Shown: one piece after another, positions 11,001 to 20,042 of the stretch
Layout: every line of letters begins with the position of its first letter
Position numbering within the stretch: the stretch's first letter is position 1
Origin: a virus
Taxonomy: Duplodnaviria > Heunggongvirae > Uroviricota > Caudoviricetes
Length of the DNA: 40,216 nucleotides
Reading direction: 5' to 3' (one strand)
IMG/VR virus record: IMGVR_UViG_2579779009_000004
Notes under the pieces: generated by a model
Seen by the model: only the letters and a program-made list of their open reading frames with translations
Database searches by the model: none
Told to the model about the DNA's origin: nothing
Position numbers and translations under genes: made by a program

Positions 11001-11409
11001 GGCGGACTTCCGATGGATTCCTGTCCCCCTTTGAGGTGGTTTCCACCAGTGCCTGCACACCGAAGGTAAAGCGCAGACGGTCGATGTTTGCCGACGTGAT
11101 GGTGCGGGTGATCGGCGTGTCATATTTCACTTCCGTACCCAGCACCGTCTCGGAGCCGGAGGATTCAAATCCCTCCGGCGGTGTCTGCTCCTGCTCACCT
11201 GCCCGGAACACCACCGTGACACCGGAGATATTGGTATTCCCCTCACTGTCCAGCACTGGCGTACTGTTCAGCAGCACGCTTTTTAATCCATCCACCGGAC
11301 CTTCAATCGGCCCTTCGCTGATGGCATCGATCACACTCAGCAACTGCGTGGACTTCAGGTTGTCCTTCGCTTCGCGCGGAGTATGCCCCTTACTGCTGCC
11401 TTTACCCAT
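8014..11409 (-). CDS. J: tail tip host-specificity protein J (central tail fibre)
   Basis: Begins [38 protein letters not shown]... and is near-identical to my recollection of lambda gpJ over about 980 aa, then diverges in the last roughly 150 aa. The ORF-track N-terminal extension (MKPPPGG...) is rejected. Confidence 0.95.
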   Translation of the reverse strand: MGKGSSKGHTPREAKDNLKSTQLLSVIDAISEGPIEGPVDGLKSVLLNSTPVLDSEGNTNISGVTVVFRAGEQEQTPPEGFESSGSETVLGTEVKYDTPITRTITSANIDRLRFTFGVQALVETTSKGDRNPSEVRLLVQIQRNGGWVTEKDITIKGKTTSQYLASVVVGNLPPRPFNIRMRRMTPDSTTDQLQNKTLWSSYTEIIDVKQCYPNTALVGVQVDSEQFGSQQVSRNYHLRGRILQVPSNYNPQTRQYSGIWDGTLKPAYSNNMAWCLWDMLTHPRYGMGKRLGAADVDKWALYVIGQNCDQSVPDGFGGTEPRITCNAYLTTQRKAWDVLSDFCSAMRCMPVWNGQTLTFVQDRQSDKVWTYNRSNVVMPDDGAPFRYSFSALKDRHNAVEVNWIDPNNGWETATELVEDTQAIARYGRNVTKMDAFGCTSRGQAHRAGLWLIKTELLETQTVDFSVGAEGLRHVPGDVIEICDDDYAGISIGGRVLAVNSQTRTLTLDREITLPSSGTTLISLVDGEGNPVSVEVQSVTDGVKVKVSRVPDGVAEYSVWGLKLPTLRQRLFRCVSIRENDDGTYAITAVQHVPEKEAIVDNGAHFDGDQSGTVNGVTPPAVQHLTAEVTADSGEYQVLARWDTPKVVKGVSFLLRLTVAADDGSERLVSTARTTETTYRFTQLALGRYMLTVRAVNAWGLQGDPASVSFRIAAPAAPSRIELTPGYFQITATPHLAVYDPTVQFEFWFSEKRIADIRQVETTARYLGTALYWIAASINIRPGHDYYFYVRSVNTVGKSAFVEAVGRASDDAEGYLDFFKGQITESHLGKELLEKVELTEDNASKLEEFSKEWKDASDKWNAMWGVKIEQTKDGKHYVAGIGLSMEDTEEGKLSQFLVAANRIAFIDPSNGNTRPMFVGQGDQIFMNDVFLKRLTAPTITSGGNPPAFSLTPDGRLTAKNADISGNVNANSGTLNNVTINENCRVLGKLSANQIEGDLVKTVGKAFPRDSRAPERWPSGTITVRVYDDQPFDRQIVIPAVAFSGAKHEREHTDIYSSCRLIVRKNGAEIYNRTALDNTLIYSGVIDMPAGHGHMTLEFSVSAWLVNDWYPTASISDLLVVVMKKATAGISIS

Positions 11410-11469
11410 TCCTAACGCTCCATAAACGACAAAACCGCCCGGAGGCGGTTTCACATAAAACGTTTTTCA

Positions 11470-12117
11470 TCAGCGACCAATCACTACAACCTGACCACCA
11501 TCCCCTTCGTCTGCCGTGCTGATCTCCTGAGAGACCACCCGCGACCCCACGCGCATTTCACCGTACAGAACGGGCAGAACATTGCCCTGGGCAACCATGT
11601 TATCCAGTGAGGAGAAATAGGTGTTCTGTTTGCCGTTATCTGTACTTGCTGCCGTGGGCGTCCTGGCTTTCGGTGCCAGCATCTGCGCCACTCCGCCCAG
11701 GATCATACTGGCCCCTGCCGCATACATGCCCGATACAGCCGCGGCACCCAGCCAGCCCACAGGGTTCCACCATGCCACCGCAATCAGCGCCGCCCCCAGC
11801 ACCACCTGAAACACACCGCCACTTTTAGCTCCCGCCAGACGCGGCACGATGTGGATCACGGCACCATTTGCCAGCGGCTCATTAAGACGGGCAGACAATT
11901 CGGTTTCACCTGCATCACGCCCGGCAATGCGTACCTGGTACCAGCCGTCGCTCAGTTTCTGACGAAACGCCGGGATCTGCATGGCCAGCGCCCGGATGGC
12001 TTCGGACCCCGTTTTCACTCGAAGGTCGATGCGGCGGCCAAATCGTTGTAAATCCCCGTAAAGGCAGATGCGTGCCATGCCCGGTGACGCCAGAGGGAGT
12101 GTGTGCGTCGCTGCCAT
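11470..12117 (-). CDS. I: tail assembly protein I
   Basis: 215 aa; C-terminus ...NMVAQGNVLPVLYGEMRVGSRVVSQEISTADEGDGGQVVVIGR as recalled for lambda gpI; overlaps K as in lambda. Confidence 0.85.
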   Translation of the reverse strand: MAATHTLPLASPGMARICLYGDLQRFGRRIDLRVKTGSEAIRALAMQIPAFRQKLSDGWYQVRIAGRDAGETELSARLNEPLANGAVIHIVPRLAGAKSGGVFQVVLGAALIAVAWWNPVGWLGAAAVSGMYAAGASMILGGVAQMLAPKARTPTAASTDNGKQNTYFSSLDNMVAQGNVLPVLYGEMRVGSRVVSQEISTADEGDGGQVVVIGR

Positions 12118-12758
12118 TTGTCGGTATACCTCTCTCGTTTACTCAGTTGTTCAGGAATATGGTGCAGCAGCTCACCGTCGCCGCAGTAAATGGCGGCATG
12201 ATTCGGCACCGATGAACCAAAACAGCACAGCAGCACATCGCCCGGTTGTGCTGATGACAACGCCACCTGATACAGCCCTGTGGCCTCCAGATTATCCAGA
12301 TAGAGATTCTGACCGTTACGCCACCAGTCATCCCCGCGATGAAAATCCGGCATCTCAATCCCCGCCAGATGATAAGCATCCCGGAACAGCGTGTAACAGT
12401 CCGTCACCCCGTGCTCAAAGCGCCGCCCGGTGAGATGCGGCACACAGCGGAACTTGTGAATCGCCCTCCGGCAGACCAGCCACCACGGCAAATCACTCTG
12501 CACCTGCAGCCGCCGGTCAGCCTCACTCAGCCAGGGCAGACCACCGGGATGACTGTGGACCAGTGCCACAATCTCACCCTGCATCTCTGCCTGCAGCCAG
12601 TCCTCCGGAGCCATCCGGAAATAATCCTCCGGCTCACCGGAAATATTCACGCAGGGAAAATATCTTTCCCCCTCCGGCGCTCTCACCACGAAGCCGCACG
12701 ACTCCGCTGGCGCACATCGCCGGGCGTGCGCCAGAATCGCTGATTCTGTCTCTGTCAT
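12015..12758 (-). CDS. K: tail assembly protein K (JAB/MPN plus NlpC/P60-like domains)
   Basis: Start MTETESAILAHARRCAPAESCGF (internal Met of the ORF 12015..12800) with the HSHP motif; matches lambda gpK; begins just after the L stop. Confidence 0.85.
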   Translation of the reverse strand: MTETESAILAHARRCAPAESCGFVVRAPEGERYFPCVNISGEPEDYFRMAPEDWLQAEMQGEIVALVHSHPGGLPWLSEADRRLQVQSDLPWWLVCRRAIHKFRCVPHLTGRRFEHGVTDCYTLFRDAYHLAGIEMPDFHRGDDWWRNGQNLYLDNLEATGLYQVALSSAQPGDVLLCCFGSSVPNHAAIYCGDGELLHHIPEQLSKRERYTDKWQRRTHSLWRHRAWHASAFTGIYNDLAAASTFE

Positions 12759-12762
12759 GGGA

Positions 12763-13461
12763 TTACTGCGAAAGTTTGTTAATGGAAAGGAAGCCGCCAA
12801 AGTTGCCGACGTTATTGCGAAACTTACAGCCGCTCAGGCATTTGCTGCATTTATCCTTCGTGATATCGGACGTCGGCTGGTCATATTCATCCGCGACTGC
12901 CGGACCGTGATAACCGCACTCATCACCGCGATAGGTCCAGGTGCAGGTGTTGGCCAGCATGATACGTCCCGGAAAAACAGCGCCGTCCGTTTCCGTCGGC
13001 GTGGACAGTACAAAAGAGGCACTCACCGCGCTCAGTTCGCTGCACTGCTCAATGCGCCAGCGGCTGATCACCTCCTGCTCCGGATCGGCGTCACTGTTTC
13101 CGTTGACGAAGTTCACCGCATCCAGAAAACGGGCGTAAACCTTACGCCGGACCACCGTTCCGCCGACCAGACTCTGCAGATCTTCCGCCATCCCGGTGAC
13201 CATACCGTACAGGTTAGAAACCGTCAGTGTCGGACGGGCAGCACTGCCCTTGCCGTTCAGTTCAAATCCCGTCCCCTGAATGGGGTATACCTGATACTGC
13301 CGCCCCTGCCAGATAACCGGCTCACCTTTTTCGTTCTGCTCATTACAGAAAAAATAACGTTCACCACCGACCTCTGTCAGATCGATTTCCCAGAGCACCA
13401 CCTGGGCTGACTGAGTGAGGCGTGTCGTCTCATGATGTGTTTCCTGTGGAATATCCTGCAT
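12763..13461 (-). CDS. L: minor tail protein L
   Basis: 232 aa, MQDIPQETHHETTRLTQSAQVVLWEIDL..., lambda gpL-like; GGAGG Shine-Dalgarno 5 nt upstream; between M and K. Confidence 0.9.
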   Translation of the reverse strand: MQDIPQETHHETTRLTQSAQVVLWEIDLTEVGGERYFFCNEQNEKGEPVIWQGRQYQVYPIQGTGFELNGKGSAARPTLTVSNLYGMVTGMAEDLQSLVGGTVVRRKVYARFLDAVNFVNGNSDADPEQEVISRWRIEQCSELSAVSASFVLSTPTETDGAVFPGRIMLANTCTWTYRGDECGYHGPAVADEYDQPTSDITKDKCSKCLSGCKFRNNVGNFGGFLSINKLSQ

Positions 13462-13470
13462 CAGAGCCTC

Positions 13471-13800
13471 CTATGCCACGACCTGTTCAAAATCTGCCGT
13501 TATGGTTACCCACAGCGCCCCCACGCTTGCCGACCATTTACGACAAACCACCCTGATCGGTTTCCAGTCATAAGGTGGCGTCCACTGAAATGCACGGACG
13601 CCACCGTGCCGTTCCAGAAAGGCTTTTAAAGATGGGTGGTCACATTTACGAACACGTATCGTCACGCTGTAAGTCGACAACTGGTTATTCAGTCCCGCCG
13701 CACGACGCTGTTCATAACCATCGCCCAGCTTCACTGTCACCACTTTCGGCTCTGATACCACATTCATATCCGGGCGCACTTTCCAGTGAAACGTCTCCAT
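13471..13800 (-). CDS. M: minor tail protein M
   Basis: 109 aa, lambda gpM-like; H stop and M start overlap (TAATG). Confidence 0.9.
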   Translation of the reverse strand: METFHWKVRPDMNVVSEPKVVTVKLGDGYEQRRAAGLNNQLSTYSVTIRVRKCDHPSLKAFLERHGGVRAFQWTPPYDWKPIRVVCRKWSASVGALWVTITADFEQVVA

Positions 13801-16800
13801 TACCGATATGCTCCACTTAACCGACCACCATCACGGGCCTGCTGTTGCATAAAGTCCGCTGCCGCTTTTTTCCCGAGGTCATAAACCGCCTTCAGGGCAG
13901 CCGGACCTATCTGCCCGTTCGTGCCATCGTTATTGATCTCGATGTTGTACTGCGGGGCAAACATCGCCATACCTGAACCACCAATATCCGCCACAACCCC
14001 CAGCTTACCGTCAGCACCACGACGCAGTGGCAGAATGGCTTCAGGTCCCGCTTCCCCCATCACACCCGCGCCTTTTGCAAAAGCAAAAAACGTCGGACGG
14101 TTAACCACCGTGCCACTGTAACGACTCAAATCAGCAGACTGATAAATCCCCCCATTGGCATTCAGGGAAAGGCTGCTGAGATCAAATCCCAGTACACTGC
14201 CAATCCCTTTTATCGATTTCATCATGGTTGCCTGCGCCAGGATTTTCGCCATATCTGACAGCACAGAAGAGGTGAAGGATTTGAAATTGAGTTTGCCGGT
14301 AGTGACAAAAGTTGCCAGGCCATTTCCCATGTTGCTGAAGGCTGACGAGAACACCTGTTCTGCTGTTCCTGCCGTATTATCTGCATCCACGGTAAAATTC
14401 TGAAATGCACGCAGGACTCCGTTTTTCCAGTTACCCTGCACAACTTCAAGCTGTTGCCAGTAACGGCGATTCTCATTCAGTTGTCGGTTCAGGCTCTCCG
14501 TCAGCGCCTGCTCGGCCTTTCTGTAGTCATCCGTGTTATATGTTCCTTTCTGCTCACTATCCCGCCTCAACTGCTCCAGCTGTTGCTGGTATTTCTGGCG
14601 AAGACTCAGTTGTACCTGATATCGCTGCCGCTGCTGATCACCCATACCCACCGTGGCGATATCCAGGTCATGTTGCTGACGCTGAGCGCGCTCTTCTTCA
14701 GCCAGTTGACTGGTCAGCTGAATTGTTTTTTTCTTCAGCTCGTTGAGTGCCGTCTGTTTCTGAAGCTCCTGCTGTTTTACATCCAGCAGCGTCAGTGCCT
14801 GAATCAGTTCATCTTTACGGGCCAGCACACTCTTTTCATCTGCCGTCAGTTTTTTCCCGTCCAGGTCGCTGATGCGCTGCTGCAGAGCCAGAAGCTGTTT
14901 ATGCGCTTCTGTCATCCTTTCCGTGGCAATGCCTGCTGACTGTCTGGCAGCAGCAATCTGTCCTTCCACCTGTGCCTGTTGCTGACTGTACTGCAGCAAT
15001 AACCGGGTGGCCTCATCATTACGGGGTTCGCGTGTTTTTTTCTTACCGGATGCCAGGGCTTTCTCGTAACGTTCATTTTCACGTTGTATCGCCGCATCCC
15101 TGACAGCCTGATCGGCGTACTGCATGGAATTAATACGCGCAATTTCACGCTGATGTCGTGCTGCTTCCGTTTCATTCATCCGGTTCAGTGCAGCATTTTC
15201 AGCATTACGGCGTTTCTGTTGCTCCTGATAATTCTGCTCTGCCTGCTCTTTTGCATCCTGCAAATCCTTCTGGCGTTTTTTCTCCTGAAGCTCGTTAAGA
15301 CGCTGCTGATCGTACTCAACCTGAGAAGATGATGCCGTCCAGGGGAGTCTTTTCGCCCGCGACACTTTCTCCTGTAAAGCGGAAATCTGTTCATCCAGCG
15401 AGTCTTCACGACCAATATTCATGGCCGCATCCCAGAAACGACTCCATAAATCAGACAGATACTTCAGCGTACTGCCCAGCGCATTGAGGTTATTATCAAT
15501 ATCCGCAGTACGCCGACCGGTTTCCTCTGCCAGTGCAGACATGGCTATCCGTGCCGCATCACTGGACCGCCCCTGTTCCCCAAGGACGCGTATCTGCTCA
15601 AGCTGAGTGGCAGTAAGAAAATGCAGCTCATTGTCCAGAGCCTTCGCGGCATTTACAGGATCATCCTTCAGCCGCTTAAACTGATTTATGGTATCGCTGA
15701 CCGACTGGCCAACCGATCGCTCCATCTGTGCGGCAGCTCTCGCCACCATACCGATATCGTTTCCACGAAATGCACCACTCCCCACCACCTGAGCCAGCGC
15801 ACCGGCTGCAGCATGTTGCGTGATACCATTCCCGGAAATAGCACGACTGAGCGTCCACAGCTGCCCGGCAGTGACTCCGGCATAATGCCCCGTCAGCGAC
15901 AACTGGCGGTTAAATTCTTCCCCCTCCTTCTGACCATCATACCAGGCTTTACCCAGACCATAGACGGCCGCGGCAATACCGCCAATAACCCCGCCCAGCA
16001 TCATGCCTTTCGGTGACATCAGTGTGTCTATCCATCCGGCACGGTTAGCCAGCGTTATCCCGGATCCCCTCAGCGCACCTAAATTGCCGCGAGCCAGTTC
16101 AACTATCAGAACGCCTATCTCCTGGCGGGCCGCTGCACTTTTCAGACCCAGCGAATGCGTGGCTTTTCCTGCCTGCTCCATTTTGCGGATATACACTTCT
16201 GCAGCACTGCTTACCCCCAGCTGGGCAGCCTTAGCACGAAGCAACTCAGAAGAAGAAAGATTCTGGCGGGTTGCCTGCTCTTTAAGCTGACGGATAAACG
16301 CCACTTTCTGTCGGGTAGCCTCTTCCTCAGCCTGTGTAAGAACACGGGTTTTCGCAGTAACCTCAGAAATCAGCGCCAGATAATCCTGCTGACCAATCCC
16401 GCCACTGTTTCTGGCCTGTCGGATCTGCTGCTGAATACGCTGTAATTCCTGCAGCCCCGCACTGGCCTGTTTCACACTGTCAATCTGACGATAAAACGCA
16501 GCAGCCGCTTTATCCTGAGCCTCCGCCAGAGCCATGGCCTGCGCCTGTTCCTCGCGCATTTTCTGGCTCAGTGCCTCCATGCGCTGGCGGGTTTTCTCCA
16601 CCTCGCGGGCCATGCGTTCATGAGCCTGTGCGTTCTTCTCCACCGTCTGCGCATGGACGGATGCGGCTGTTGCAGCCGAAGAAGCTGCCTGCGTTGTCTG
16701 CCGGGCGGCCTGAGTCTGACGCTCCATAAAACGCTGCATACGGGCAGAAGACCGTTCTGCATCGCTGGCTGCACCATTCAGAAGGTTTTTGATACGGGGA

Positions 16801-16865
16801 ATTTCATTTTTAAACTCTGCCGCATCAATCCCCAAATCAATGACCAGGTTGGCTATCTGGTCCAT
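13800..16865 (-). CDS. H: tail tape measure protein (H-like)
   Basis: About 1021 aa, coiled-coil-rich with Q/E/R/A repeats; C-terminus ...INNDGTNGQIGPAALKAVYDLGKK... resembles lambda gpH. Start chosen at MDQIANLVIDLG with GGAGGTG 6 nt upstream; the ORF track starts 10 codons earlier. Confidence 0.9.
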   Translation of the reverse strand: MDQIANLVIDLGIDAAEFKNEIPRIKNLLNGAASDAERSSARMQRFMERQTQAARQTTQAASSAATAASVHAQTVEKNAQAHERMAREVEKTRQRMEALSQKMREEQAQAMALAEAQDKAAAAFYRQIDSVKQASAGLQELQRIQQQIRQARNSGGIGQQDYLALISEVTAKTRVLTQAEEEATRQKVAFIRQLKEQATRQNLSSSELLRAKAAQLGVSSAAEVYIRKMEQAGKATHSLGLKSAAARQEIGVLIVELARGNLGALRGSGITLANRAGWIDTLMSPKGMMLGGVIGGIAAAVYGLGKAWYDGQKEGEEFNRQLSLTGHYAGVTAGQLWTLSRAISGNGITQHAAAGALAQVVGSGAFRGNDIGMVARAAAQMERSVGQSVSDTINQFKRLKDDPVNAAKALDNELHFLTATQLEQIRVLGEQGRSSDAARIAMSALAEETGRRTADIDNNLNALGSTLKYLSDLWSRFWDAAMNIGREDSLDEQISALQEKVSRAKRLPWTASSSQVEYDQQRLNELQEKKRQKDLQDAKEQAEQNYQEQQKRRNAENAALNRMNETEAARHQREIARINSMQYADQAVRDAAIQRENERYEKALASGKKKTREPRNDEATRLLLQYSQQQAQVEGQIAAARQSAGIATERMTEAHKQLLALQQRISDLDGKKLTADEKSVLARKDELIQALTLLDVKQQELQKQTALNELKKKTIQLTSQLAEEERAQRQQHDLDIATVGMGDQQRQRYQVQLSLRQKYQQQLEQLRRDSEQKGTYNTDDYRKAEQALTESLNRQLNENRRYWQQLEVVQGNWKNGVLRAFQNFTVDADNTAGTAEQVFSSAFSNMGNGLATFVTTGKLNFKSFTSSVLSDMAKILAQATMMKSIKGIGSVLGFDLSSLSLNANGGIYQSADLSRYSGTVVNRPTFFAFAKGAGVMGEAGPEAILPLRRGADGKLGVVADIGGSGMAMFAPQYNIEINNDGTNGQIGPAALKAVYDLGKKAAADFMQQQARDGGRLSGAYR

Positions 16866-17199
16866 AACGCACACCTCCGGAAATACCTTCCCCAAGATGC
16901 ATCAGTTCTTCGTCCGTTCGCTCCGGTATCCCGTTCTCTTCCGGTAAAAGGCTGAAATCAGCCACCGCAGCATCACTGCTACCGGACACCATTCTCACGA
17001 TCAATGCCTTCAGCGAGGCAAACTGCGCATCCATCCACACATCACTGAAGCTCTGCATCCGGAAATAATCGCCCCACTCACCAAGCTCAGTGGCCGACAT
17101 TTCCGACAGCATCCGCCGCCAGTCTGCCCGCCGGAACTCCCGGGCAAGCCGCATGACAAACTGCATTTCCCGCGTCAGGACTTTTCCGGCGTCAGCACC
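16837..17199 (-). CDS. T: T segment of the tail assembly chaperone G-T, expressed by -1 programmed frameshift from G
   Basis: The -1 frame is open from 17199 to a stop at 16837 and overlaps the 3' end of G, the arrangement conserved between the major tail and tape measure genes in lambda-like tails. Confidence 0.6.
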   Translation of the reverse strand, partial: GADAGKVLTREMQFVMRLAREFRRADWRRMLSEMSATELGEWGDYFRMQSFSDVWMDAQFASLKALIVRMVSGSSDAAVADFSLLPEENGIPERTDEELMHLGEGISGGVRYGPDSQPGH

Positions 17200-17564
17200 T
17201 CATGCTCCAAATCCCCGGCATTCTCAATGACTCCCATACCGCTCAGCGACAGAACCATCTCCGCCCCCGCTCCCAGGGCATCATACGACCATGTTGTAAT
17301 AACGGATGCGCAAAGCGTCTCAACATCCTGAGACTGTTCCGCATTCCACAGTGAGCGGGAAACCAGCCAGGCATTGATATCCATCCCCATCCGCAGAAAA
17401 GCAATCTGTCGTTCAGCCTCCGGCAGTTCTCCCTCTTCGGCATCAAACTTTGCCGTTCGCTGCTGAACAAACGCCAGATATTCAATTCTCTGCAGCCCGG
17501 ACAGCTCACTGAGCACCACGGACTGCTTTTCATAATTAAACGTGCCCTGTTTCAGAAACATCAT
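17175..17564 (-). CDS. G: tail assembly chaperone G
   Basis: MMFLKQGTFNYEKQSVVLSELSGLQRIEYLAF... resembles lambda gpG (MFLKTESFEHNGVTVTLSELSALQRIEHLAL...); AGGTGGAG precedes the start. The exact start is ambiguous between the ATG at 17564 and the one at 17561. Confidence 0.85.
   Translation of the reverse strand: MMFLKQGTFNYEKQSVVLSELSGLQRIEYLAFVQQRTAKFDAEEGELPEAERQIAFLRMGMDINAWLVSRSLWNAEQSQDVETLCASVITTWSYDALGAGAEMVLSLSGMGVIENAGDLEHEVLTPEKS
17181..17187 (-). other. candidate G-T -1 frameshift slippery heptamer G GAA AAG
   Basis: Minus-strand 5'-GGAAAAG-3' lies inside the only 22-nt window (17178..17199) where the G frame and the T frame are both open; lambda uses G GGA AAG. Confidence 0.45.
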
Positions 17565-17621
17565 GTTCTCCACCTGCAAAAAAGCCCCGGATAACCGGGG
17601 CAAATGATGAGTATCGTCCTG

Positions 17622-18365
17622 TTAACCTGCGGCGCTGACAGCCACCGCAGCCACTGCCACAAAATCGCCGTCAGAAGTCATGCCCACAATGCTGACACTG
17701 CCCTGCTTCACGCCTTTCACCGTGGCCACAAGCCCGTTCAGGGTCACCGTGGCAGTCTGTGGATCTGTCGAATGCACACTGATCGCTTTGTCACTGGCTC
17801 CGTCAGGTTTTACTGTAAAGGTCAGCGTGGTGGTTGCTCCCACTTTTACACTGGCAGATGCCGGTGCCACCGTCAGCCCGGTAACGCTCACTGTTTCAGT
17901 GCCTTCCTCTGCCAGATACGGACGCCCCACACCGCTGATTTTCACTGTGCGGGTCATCACGTCTTTTGAGGCAATGGTTTTACCCAGTGAGCTCAGCCAG
18001 CCACGGAAAACATCAACAGTGCCGTTGGGATATTTGATACGAAACGCGCAGACTTCACCGGAGTCGAACAACTGAACCAGTTTTTTCTGCCCGCTGTCAC
18101 CCGGACGCCAGGCCAGCGTCGCCGAAGTATCACCGACGGATTTCTGCCCCTGGGTTGTCGTTTTCCAGTCTGCATCTTCATCATCGAGATAAGTGTCATC
18201 TTCTGCATCAGCGGTCATTTCGCCAGGTTGCAGATCCTTCACCATCGCAAGACGCAGCCAGTCAGTGTCCGATAAAGGGTTCGCAAACGCATCGCCCTTG
18301 CCGGTGTACATCCAGAACGTCGTTCCCGCACCTTTCGTTTTTGCCAGTGGATTTGGTGTGGTCAT
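17622..18365 (-). CDS. V: major tail protein V with C-terminal Ig-like (Big_2) domain
   Basis: MTTPNPLAKTKGAGTTFWMYTGKGDAFANPLSD... resembles lambda gpV; AGGAGG 5 nt upstream of the ATG at 18365. The ORF-track start at 18371 is a GTG. Confidence 0.9.
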   Translation of the reverse strand: MTTPNPLAKTKGAGTTFWMYTGKGDAFANPLSDTDWLRLAMVKDLQPGEMTADAEDDTYLDDEDADWKTTTQGQKSVGDTSATLAWRPGDSGQKKLVQLFDSGEVCAFRIKYPNGTVDVFRGWLSSLGKTIASKDVMTRTVKISGVGRPYLAEEGTETVSVTGLTVAPASASVKVGATTTLTFTVKPDGASDKAISVHSTDPQTATVTLNGLVATVKGVKQGSVSIVGMTSDGDFVAVAAVAVSAAG

Positions 18366-18376
18366 TGCCACCTCCT

Positions 18377-18790
18377 TTAATTCGTGTACGTGATCTGGTA
18401 CGTGATTTCCGCCATCGCCCAGGTGGCCATCTCATTATCACGTTGATAGTTAAAACCGAGAGGGATCAGGGTGTCGATGAGTCCGGAAAGTGCCGGTATA
18501 TCATTCAGGGCCGGGAAAATGGTGCTCTCCATCCACATATCCAGCTCTGAATCCGGTGCCTGTGCCCGGATGAAGACAGCAATATGCAGAACAGCCTGCC
18601 AGTCATCTTCATCCGTCATTTTTCCGGTGTACTGAGCATCACTCAGCCACACCGCCACGGCAGGCAGTTCCTGCGCATCAATAAATGCCGGAAGCCCGTC
18701 AAAAAACGTGGCGCTGTCTCCACACTGTTCCCGAAGGCGTGCCAGTACGGCCTGGCGGATTTGTGTATGTCGGTTCATCGGGTCAGCCAT
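18377..18790 (-). CDS. U: tail terminator protein U
   Basis: 137 aa with ATFFDG...PAVAVWL...ELPDSELDMWMES, lambda gpU-like; overlaps the Z 3' end. Confidence 0.85.
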   Translation of the reverse strand: MADPMNRHTQIRQAVLARLREQCGDSATFFDGLPAFIDAQELPAVAVWLSDAQYTGKMTDEDDWQAVLHIAVFIRAQAPDSELDMWMESTIFPALNDIPALSGLIDTLIPLGFNYQRDNEMATWAMAEITYQITYTN

Positions 18791-19353
18791 AACCTCAGTT
18801 GTTGTTTCAGTGCATACCCCAGCTGTTTCGGCATTTCCGCAGCAATAATGCGGTCGCGGGCATCTTCAAATGCCTGTGTCAGCGGTCCGGACAGCGGGAC
18901 TTTCACCACATCAATGGGGTAACGATTTTTGCCATCAATACGCCGCATCACATGCCAGCGACCATTCGCCAGTTGCTGAATAAACGCATCCCGGAAAAGA
19001 TATTTACCCACCTTCAGCACACTGCCACGGTACTGCAGTTTTCCACCACGCCGGGCCAGTCTGACCCGGGCTGTCCCCAGCTTAATAGCGGGCAGATTGC
19101 CCCGGTTAACGCGGATCCTGGCCGTCATTTTTCCTGACGGACTGGCTTTAAACACCCGGACACGCTGACGTACCAGTTTCAGGGGGATCCCTTTCACCTG
19201 GTTATCTCCCGCAACGGTATTCCCGGCAACCTGCCGGGTGGCGACCGAGACCGCTTTCTGTGCCACACGGTTTATCGCCCATGCGCTGGCCTGTGGCACC
19301 ATACGGGTATCAAGGCTGTTCAGATTACGGATGGCATTCTCAAGCCCCTTCAT
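18775..19353 (-). CDS. Z: tail completion protein Z
   Basis: 192 aa, the same size and position as lambda gpZ (between FII and U). Confidence 0.8.
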   Translation of the reverse strand: MKGLENAIRNLNSLDTRMVPQASAWAINRVAQKAVSVATRQVAGNTVAGDNQVKGIPLKLVRQRVRVFKASPSGKMTARIRVNRGNLPAIKLGTARVRLARRGGKLQYRGSVLKVGKYLFRDAFIQQLANGRWHVMRRIDGKNRYPIDVVKVPLSGPLTQAFEDARDRIIAAEMPKQLGYALKQQLRLWLTR

Positions 19354-19364
19354 CCCACACCTCT

Positions 19365-19640
19365 TTACTCAATAAAGATCATTGGCTTACCGTTAAAACG
19401 TTCATGCCGTGTGACCGTCCATTGTTGTCCGTCATAAACAACGCGATCCCCGCGCCGTGGGCGGTATCCCGAAGAAAACACCACCAGAGAGACCGCAGGT
19501 CCGGACAGAGCATTCAGCTCTGCCAGTGTTTCTCCCGGGATCACAGTCATATCGACATCATTAATCGAGGCTGTCTTTCCCATCTTTCTAACCGTGATAG
19601 CATCCATACGCGCTGCCAGCCGGGAAAAGGGATCAGACAT
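19365..19640 (-). CDS. head-tail joining/attachment protein (FII-like position)
   Basis: 91-aa ORF between the head genes and Z; assignment is by position and size only. Confidence 0.5.
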   Translation of the reverse strand: MSDPFSRLAARMDAITVRKMGKTASINDVDMTVIPGETLAELNALSGPAVSLVVFSSGYRPRRGDRVVYDGQQWTVTRHERFNGKPMIFIE

Positions 19641-19956
19641 TGAGTTTTACCGGCACTTCTTCTGCACTGGTTCCGGCATCTGCCCAGACAACCCCGACCA
19701 GCGGATCAGAGCCGCTGTTAGTCAGCTGAACTTTTCCGGACTTCAGATAAACCTTCTTACCCGTTTTCATGTCATCCGTTTTCAGCTTAGGCAGCATAAA
19801 CACACCTTCGGTCATGCCGTCGCCTGTTTCACCCTGTGGAATATCGGTCAGCGCCACCGCAAAAACATCGCCCACCTGCACCAGATCTCCGCTGCTGATG
19901 GCTGCACTGGCAACAATCGCCACCGTTTTTCCTTCTTCTACAAAATTCTTTGCCAT
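19633..19956 (-). CDS. small head-associated protein, DUF2190-like
   Basis: 107 aa from MAKNFVEEGKTVAIVASAAISSGDLVQVGDVFAVAL... with GGAGA Shine-Dalgarno; immediately downstream of the capsid gene; the family name is from memory. Confidence 0.5.
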   Translation of the reverse strand: MAKNFVEEGKTVAIVASAAISSGDLVQVGDVFAVALTDIPQGETGDGMTEGVFMLPKLKTDDMKTGKKVYLKSGKVQLTNSGSDPLVGVVWADAGTSAEEVPVKLNV

Positions 19957-20042
19957 AACTGTCTCCGCACAGCCCCGTTCAGGGGCTGATTTCAGGTACA
20001 AAAAAAGCCCTTACGGGCCATCAGAGTTGTTGTCTGCGACGT

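Noticed and set aside
11410-11454. N-terminal extension of the J ORF, and similar extensions of K (12759..12800), H (16866..16895), portal (23524..23595), protease-capsid (22002..22262) and holin (30986..31063)
   Set aside because: The internal starts match known protein N-termini and avoid overlap with the upstream gene; several ORF-track starts are GTG or TTG.
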